From Meiothermus sp. (GTDB lineage Bacteria; Deinococcota; Deinococci; Deinococcales; Thermaceae): a stretch of 39,326 bases of DNA. Under the pieces are notes generated by a model. The model searched no databases. It saw only the letters and a program-made list of their open reading frames with translations, and was not told the DNA's origin. Below, piece after piece: positions 34,039 through 39,326 of this stretch (position 1 is the first letter of the stretch; the number at the start of each line of letters is the position of its first letter). The stretch is taken from NCBI GenBank assembly GCA_036845585.1, contig DAIUDO010000002.1:1-39326 (forward strand), read 5' to 3'. Position numbers and translations under genes: made by a program.

Positions 34039-35319
34039 ATGGCAAACCTTGACCCACCCAACCGAAGTGAGATCACCTCAGCAAAATCGAATGCTGAGCG
34101 CCGCGCCATCGAGATTGTGGATACCACCTTCCGCGACGGACAGCAGTCGCCGCTCTTGTTCGACACCGAGAAGTACCGCTTTAGCCTCGAGGAAAAAAAG
34201 CAGTTGCTGGCCGGGCTGATGGAGCTGGGGGTAACCCACTTCGAGTTCTTCTCGCCGGTGGTGGGAGAGGCTGAGGCCCAAGACGTGCAGGAGTTGATGG
34301 ACTTTGCCCGCCAGCGAAGCCGGCGACCCCTGATGTTCCTGGCTCACTGCCGCTGTCACCCCGCCGACATTCAAGCTGCTATGGAGGCGGGTTTCAACGG
34401 CCTCAACCTCTACCTGGGGGTTTCGCCCCTGGCCCAGCAGCACAATGCGCAGAAAAGTCTGGAGGAGGGGATCGCCCTGGCCCGTTCGGTGGTGCGCGAG
34501 ACCCGTGCAGCCCATCCGGGGCTTTACCTGCGCTTCAGCGCAGAGGATGCCTTTCGCACACCGCTGCAGGACTTGTACTGCCTGTACGACGCCCTCTACC
34601 CCTATGTCAACACCTTTGGTATGCCCGATACGGTTGGGCTGGCTGAACCTGAGGATGTTCGCCGGGTGGTGCAGTCCCTGCGCGAACGCTACCCTGAAGT
34701 AGCCCTCGAGTGCCACTTCCACAACGACCGGGGCCTGGCCTTCGCCAACGTGCTGGCTGCCGCGCGCGCCGGGGTACGCTACGTGGATGCTTCCATCTGG
34801 GGCCTGGCCGAACGCTCAGGGATACCCTCGGTGACCGGGGTGCTGTTTAACCTGTCCAAGCACCGCCCCGAGCTTTTCGAGCAGTACAACCTCAGCCAGT
34901 GCTACCCCCTCAACGTGTTGATGGCCTCTATCCTGGGCACGCTGGTGCCCTACACCGAACCGGTCTCGCTGACCAACCGCACCCACACCGCCGGGGTACA
35001 CCAGAAGGCTGTACTGAATGAGAAGAAAGTCTACGAGGCTCACAACCTGCACGACTTTGGGGTCGACAAGAACCAGCTTCTTTTGGGGCCGCTCTCGGGC
35101 TGGCACCTGATTTACTACTACCTCAAAGAAGTGGAAAACTTCGTCATCAGCAAGGACCAGGCCAGGGAGATTGCCCAGCTCTTTAAGGGCCGCACTGCCG
35201 AGATTGGCCGGGCCAAAAAACCCGAAGAACTTTTGTTGGAGCTGGCCGAACTTCACGACCTAAAGCGCCACACCCTGCCCGAAGAGGTGCCTACGGCCCG
35301 CCTCGAGAACCTGGATTAA
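34039..35319 (+). CDS. hcs: homocitrate synthase (DRE-TIM, LeuA/LYS21 family), divergent
   Basis: DTTFRDGQQ, RFSAEDAFR, MPDTVG, HFHNDRG, GLAERSG, HTAGVHQKA. First gene of the AAA lysine cluster. Confidence 0.8.
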   Translation: MANLDPPNRSEITSAKSNAERRAIEIVDTTFRDGQQSPLLFDTEKYRFSLEEKKQLLAGLMELGVTHFEFFSPVVGEAEAQDVQELMDFARQRSRRPLMFLAHCRCHPADIQAAMEAGFNGLNLYLGVSPLAQQHNAQKSLEEGIALARSVVRETRAAHPGLYLRFSAEDAFRTPLQDLYCLYDALYPYVNTFGMPDTVGLAEPEDVRRVVQSLRERYPEVALECHFHNDRGLAFANVLAAARAGVRYVDASIWGLAERSGIPSVTGVLFNLSKHRPELFEQYNLSQCYPLNVLMASILGTLVPYTEPVSLTNRTHTAGVHQKAVLNEKKVYEAHNLHDFGVDKNQLLLGPLSGWHLIYYYLKEVENFVISKDQAREIAQLFKGRTAEIGRAKKPEELLLELAELHDLKRHTLPEEVPTARLENLD

Positions 35320-35471
35320 TGCTCCGGTGCGCTGGTTTTCGGTATGAATTCGGTCTGTAGAGTAGCGGGATCTGCCTTGGGGCGGTTTATTTGGGGTCAT
35401 CGTTGCATACCGACCACCCTGTTGCTAGACCGCTCGTCAGAGTTTCATACAATCCTTAACAGGGGGACCCA

Positions 35472-36725
35472 ATGGGACTGACGTTGGCTGAAAAAATCCT
35501 CTCACAACGTACAGGGCGCGAGGTCAGGGCAGGGGAGCTGGTGGTGGTGGAGGTCGACCAGGTGATGGTGGTGGACTCCATTGCTGGAAGCTTTTTCAAG
35601 CGCCTAGAGCAGCTATCGGCCACCCCGCGCTTTCCCGAAAAGGTGGCTATCGTAATTGACCATGTGGCTCCTGCCGCCAATGTGGAGGTGGCCAAGGCCC
35701 AGAAGGAAATCCGCGAGTGGGGAAACCGCCACGGCTGCCCGGTCTTCGATGTGGGTCGTGGCATCTGTCACCAGGTGCTGGTGGAGGAGCGGCTGGCACT
35801 GCCCGGTGGCATTGTGCTGGGCTCGGACAGCCACTCCACCACCTACGGCGGGATTGGCTGCTTTGGCACCGGCATGGGGGCCACCGATATCGCCCTGGCG
35901 GCGGCCTCGGGGCGCACCTGGCTGCGGGTGCCCGAGACGGTCAAGGTGACCTTCAAAGGTCGGCTCAACCCCAGCGTGACCGCGAAGGATGCGGCCCTCG
36001 AGATGGTTCGCGTGCTCACCGCCGACGGGGCTACCTACATGAGCATCGAGATGCACCTGACCCAGGGGGCCGAGTACCTGACCCGCAGCCAGCGCATGAC
36101 CCTGGCCAACCTGACCGTAGAGGCCGGGGCCAAGTGCGGCCTGGTGGTGCCCAGCGGCGAAATTCTGGAGATGTACGCGGTGCCCGAGTGGCTCTACCCC
36201 GACCCCGATGCCGTATACGTCAAAGAGGTCGAGATCGACCTGGCGAGCCTCACCCCGCGGGTCTCGGTGCCTTTTTTCGTGGACAACGTGGAGGAAGTCT
36301 CGGCCGTGCGGGGCAAGCGGGTAGATCAGGTCTTCGTGGGCACCTGCACCAACGGGCGTCTGGACGACCTGCACGAGGTCGCGGCCATTTTGAAAGGCCG
36401 TAAAGTGGCCCCGGGGGTGCGCATGCTCATCATCCCGGCTTCGTCGCAGGTGCTGGAGGATGCTACACGGGATGGCACGCTGCTCACGCTTTTGCAGGCC
36501 GGGGCTACCCTCGGTACCCCTGGCTGCGGCCCCTGCATGGGACGGCACCAGGGTGTGCTGGCGCCGGGCGAGGTCTGTGTAAGCACCTCCAACCGTAACT
36601 TCCGGGGCCGTATGGGCGCTGCCGATGCCCAGATTTACCTGGCCTCGCCACGGGTTGCGGCGGCAACGGCGGTCGCTGGTTATATCACCACGCCGGAGGA
36701 ACTGCCGGCGCTACACCCGGTATGA
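35472..36725 (+). CDS. lysT: homoaconitase large subunit
   Basis: IDHVAPA, GICHQ, GSDSHSTTYG, GTCTNGR, PGCGPCMG, STSNRNFRGRMG. Confidence 0.92.
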   Translation: MGLTLAEKILSQRTGREVRAGELVVVEVDQVMVVDSIAGSFFKRLEQLSATPRFPEKVAIVIDHVAPAANVEVAKAQKEIREWGNRHGCPVFDVGRGICHQVLVEERLALPGGIVLGSDSHSTTYGGIGCFGTGMGATDIALAAASGRTWLRVPETVKVTFKGRLNPSVTAKDAALEMVRVLTADGATYMSIEMHLTQGAEYLTRSQRMTLANLTVEAGAKCGLVVPSGEILEMYAVPEWLYPDPDAVYVKEVEIDLASLTPRVSVPFFVDNVEEVSAVRGKRVDQVFVGTCTNGRLDDLHEVAAILKGRKVAPGVRMLIIPASSQVLEDATRDGTLLTLLQAGATLGTPGCGPCMGRHQGVLAPGEVCVSTSNRNFRGRMGAADAQIYLASPRVAAATAVAGYITTPEELPALHPV

Positions 36726-37273
36726 ACGCGGCCGCCCCCTACACCACCCTGGAGCGCTTCCTCGACCACTGGGATGGGGTGCGGATGGTTACGCTGAAGC
36801 TGCTGCACTGTTTTGGCGAGGCCGACCTGCGGCGAGCGCTGTGGGCAGGCTCCAAGACGGTAGGGGAGATGTTTCACCACATCGGGGGGCATCAGTTTTA
36901 TGCGGCCAGGGGGCTCTTTCTGGGCCAGTGGGAGCCTAGCGGGACGCTAGAGGAAAGCCCCGATGCCGACTGGGAGCTGCACAAGCACCTGACCATCTAC
37001 CAGCACCAGACCCTGCACCGCTGGCTCGAGGATGTCCAGGAGCGCCTTCGGGTGTGGGCCCGGCAGGCTGACGGAACCCGGCTGCAAGACTTCGCCCCCG
37101 ATAACCCCTGGCACGAGGGCATGCGAGGCTGGCTGCTGCTGCAACACGCCTACCAGGACGAGCTGCACCACCGCGGCCAGCTGTACCTGTTTGCCCGGCA
37201 ACTGGGGCTGATCCCGCCCGATGTGTTCGCGGTAGACCACCCCGATTACTGGGAGCAAAGGAAGTGGAAATAA
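36722..37273 (+). CDS. DinB/YfiT-like (S-transferase-like) family protein
   Basis: KTVGEMFHHIGGHQ and LQHAYQDELHHRGQL. Overlaps both lysT (ATGA) and lysU. Confidence 0.78.
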   Translation: MNAAAPYTTLERFLDHWDGVRMVTLKLLHCFGEADLRRALWAGSKTVGEMFHHIGGHQFYAARGLFLGQWEPSGTLEESPDADWELHKHLTIYQHQTLHRWLEDVQERLRVWARQADGTRLQDFAPDNPWHEGMRGWLLLQHAYQDELHHRGQLYLFARQLGLIPPDVFAVDHPDYWEQRKWK

Positions 37274-37776
37274 TGGCTAAGGTCTGGAAATTTGGCGACT
37301 CCATCAACACCGACGACATCCTGCCCGGCAAGTACGCGCCCTTTATGGTGGGCGAGGACAGGTTTCACACCTACGCCTTCGCGCACCTTCGCCCCGATTT
37401 TGCCTCCGGCTACCGGCCGGGCGACCTCCTGGTCGCGGGTAAAAACACCGGTCTGGGCAGCAGCCGCGAATACGCCCCGGAGGCACTGCGCAAGCTGGGC
37501 CTGCGGGCCATCATCGCCAAGAGCTACGCCCGCATCTTCTACCGCAACCTGGTTAATCTGGGCATCATGCCCTTCGAGGCTCCAGAGGTGGTCGATGCCT
37601 TGCAGGACGGCGACGAGGTGGAGCTAATGTTTGAACAGGGGCTTCTTCGGCGCGGTTCGCAGACCTTCCAGCTCACGCCACCGCCCGCCTTTTTGTTGGA
37701 AGCCCTCCAGGAGGGCAGCATTCTGGATTACTACCGGAAATATGGGCGGTTTCCCGGCGAAGGGGTCGGGGGGTAA
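37273..37776 (+). CDS. lysU: homoaconitase small subunit
   Basis: VWKFGDSINTDDILPGKY, GLGSSRE, SYARIFYRN. ATG 37273 overlaps the TAA of the DinB gene. Confidence 0.92.
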   Translation: MAKVWKFGDSINTDDILPGKYAPFMVGEDRFHTYAFAHLRPDFASGYRPGDLLVAGKNTGLGSSREYAPEALRKLGLRAIIAKSYARIFYRNLVNLGIMPFEAPEVVDALQDGDEVELMFEQGLLRRGSQTFQLTPPPAFLLEALQEGSILDYYRKYGRFPGEGVGG

Positions 37777-37797
37777 ACTGGACGGGTTGAGGCTTGT

Positions 37798-38112
37798 ATG
37801 GAAGACCTGGAAGTGATCTGCCCGGTGTGCAGCGAACCCAACTATATTCCCGCCGAAGACCTCGAGGAACTCACCGAGGACGACTACTTCGAGTGCGAGT
37901 CCTGTGGGGCCTATCTGCAGGTTCTTTCCACCGACCCCCTCGAGGTGGTGGTCATCGAAGACGGCGAGGAGGGCTTTTTTGTGGACTGCCCCGGGTGCGG
38001 CCTGACCTTCGAGGTGGACGGCGACGAGGACGAGGTGATCTGCCCGGAGTGCGGGCATCGCTTTGCGCCCGACTGGTCGGATTTAGACGAGGACGAAGAG
38101 AGCTTAGACTAG
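37798..38112 (+). CDS. lysV: LysV-like acidic tandem zinc-ribbon protein (LysW paralogue)
   Basis: Four CxxC motifs (CPVC, CESC, CPGC, CPEC), very acidic, located between lysU and lysW, lacks EDWGE. Confidence 0.75.
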   Translation: MEDLEVICPVCSEPNYIPAEDLEELTEDDYFECESCGAYLQVLSTDPLEVVVIEDGEEGFFVDCPGCGLTFEVDGDEDEVICPECGHRFAPDWSDLDEDEESLD

Positions 38113-38159
38113 CGGAGCCAGCCGCTGGCCCCCGAAAGATACCAAGACAAGGAGAACCT

Positions 38160-38324
38160 ATGACAGCCGAATGCGTGGAATGTGGCAGCCCGATTGAACT
38201 GAGCAACCCGGAGTTGGGAGAACTGGTGGTCTGTGACACCTGCGGGGCCGAACTCGAGGTGGTGGGCCTCGAGCCCCTCAGGCTGCAGGCCGCCCCGGAG
38301 GAAGCAGAGGACTGGGGAGAGTAA
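38160..38324 (+). CDS. lysW: amino-group carrier protein LysW
   Basis: 54 aa with CVEC and CDTC and C-terminal EDWGE. AAGGAG RBS. Confidence 0.96.
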   Translation: MTAECVECGSPIELSNPELGELVVCDTCGAELEVVGLEPLRLQAAPEEAEDWGE

Positions 38325-38335
38325 ACCACCCTTCT

Positions 38336-39181
38336 ATGCTCGCAATTCTGTATGACCGCATCCGCCCCGACGAGGAGATGCTCTTCAAGGCCGCCGAGGG
38401 GCTGGGTATTCCCTTCAAAAAAATCTACGCCAAACAACTGCCCATGCGGCTGGGGCATCGCCCCCCCGAGCTCGAGGGGGTCACTACCGCCGTTGAACGG
38501 CTGGTCTCGCAAAGCAAGGGCCTGGCGGTCTCGCGCTACCTGACCAGCTTAGGGATCCCGGTGGTGAACCGGCCCGAAGTCATCGAGGTCTGTGGCGATA
38601 AGTGGGCCACCAGCTGTGCCCTCGAGGCTGCCGGGGTGCCCCAGCCCGAAACCGCCCTGGCCACCGAGAGCGAAGAGGCCCTCAAGTTGATCGAGCGCAT
38701 GGGCTACCCGGTGGTCATGAAGCCGGTGGTGGGCTCCTGGGGCCGCCTGCTCTCGCTGATTCGCGACCGCGACGCCGCCGAGACGGTGCTCGAGCACAAG
38801 GAAGTCCTGGGCGGCTACCAGCACCAGCTCTACTACGTGCAGGAGCTGGTGGACAAAGGGGGCCGCGATATCCGGGCTTTTGTGGTGGGCGACACCTGTA
38901 TTGGGGCCATCTACCGCACCTCCGAGCACTGGATCACCAACACCGCCAGGGGCGGCAAGGCCAGCAAGTGCGAGGTCACGCCCAAACTGGCCGAGGTTGC
39001 GGTGCGGGCGGCCAAAGCCGTGGGGGGCGGGGTGGTGGCGATTGACCTCTTTGAGTCGCCCAGGGGCCTGCTGGTGAACGAGGTCAACCACACCATGGAG
39101 TTCAAGAACTCGGTCTCGACGACCGGCGTGGATATTCCGGCGAAGATCCTCGAGTACGCTTGGAGCATCCGCTTGCGATAA
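38336..39181 (+). CDS. lysX: alpha-aminoadipate--LysW ligase (ATP-grasp)
   Basis: [49 protein letters not shown]. Confidence 0.96.
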   Translation: MLAILYDRIRPDEEMLFKAAEGLGIPFKKIYAKQLPMRLGHRPPELEGVTTAVERLVSQSKGLAVSRYLTSLGIPVVNRPEVIEVCGDKWATSCALEAAGVPQPETALATESEEALKLIERMGYPVVMKPVVGSWGRLLSLIRDRDAAETVLEHKEVLGGYQHQLYYVQELVDKGGRDIRAFVVGDTCIGAIYRTSEHWITNTARGGKASKCEVTPKLAEVAVRAAKAVGGGVVAIDLFESPRGLLVNEVNHTMEFKNSVSTTGVDIPAKILEYAWSIRLR

Positions 39182-39190
39182 GCCATGTTT

Positions 39191-39249
39191 CTGAGCGCTT
39201 CGCTTCTACGCAGCGGGACGCCAGGGGTGCTGTAGTGGTGAGCGCTTAG
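39191..39249. terminator. possible bidirectional terminator hairpin between convergent genes
   Basis: CTGAGCGCT...CTACGCAGC...GCTGTAG...AGCGCTTAG imperfect inverted repeat; no clear U-tract. Confidence 0.35.
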
Positions 39250-39326
39250 GGTCTGGCCCGGCTCTGCCCGGTTGCGATGCCGCTGGCGATGAGGTGGGCC
39301 GCACGCAGGGGTTCGGGGATGTTGGA
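39246..39326 (-). CDS. DUF99-family protein, 3' fragment
   Basis: Manual translation SNIPEPLRAAHLIASGIATGQSRARP*. PEPLRxAHLIA is the DUF99 C-terminal motif. Confidence 0.65.
   Translation of the reverse strand, partial: SNIPEPLRAAHLIASGIATGQSRARP

Noticed and set aside
35350..35445. Possible hammerhead ribozyme (CTGACGA on the minus strand followed by a CGGTCT/AGACCG stem)
   Set aside because: The stem is followed by AATT rather than GAAA, and stems I and III cannot be built.

Overview
GC-rich (~67%) bacterial DNA, most likely from a Meiothermus/Calidithermus-type member of Thermaceae (LysW-dependent lysine genes, -10 boxes directly upstream of start codons, Thermus-like meta-cleavage genes). 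Four blocks. (1) 1-11.6 kb: aromatic catabolism island. A leftward operon encodes a VOC extradiol dioxygenase, GntR, a DUF6282-like metallohydrolase, a GalB-like hydratase, a GalC/LigK aldolase and an NAD(P) oxidoreductase, followed by a CMD protein and the start of a second dioxygenase. A rightward IclR-led meta-cleavage lower pathway includes a two-gene (alpha/beta) 4-oxalocrotonate tautomerase. (2) 11.6-22.7 kb: LacI-regulated oligogalacturonide/sugar-acid operon (TRAP, SDRs, Ldh_2, IolB-like isomerase, kduD, kdgA, kdgK, kdgF, ogl). (3) 22.7-33.3 kb: core-like genes (lutC, AAA+/VWA pair, hrpB, anion permease, trmK, YeeE/YedE pair, LOG) plus a structured intergenic repeat. (4) 33.6-39.2 kb: a ~280 bp non-autonomous IS200/IS605 mini-element that keeps a TnpB-type omega-RNA scaffold but no tnpB. 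It abuts the promoter and Lys-Lys leader-peptide attenuator of the alpha-aminoadipate lysine operon (divergent hcs, lysT, inserted DinB-family gene, lysU, lysV, lysW, lysX). All calls come from reading the sequence and recalled family motifs; no database search was run.
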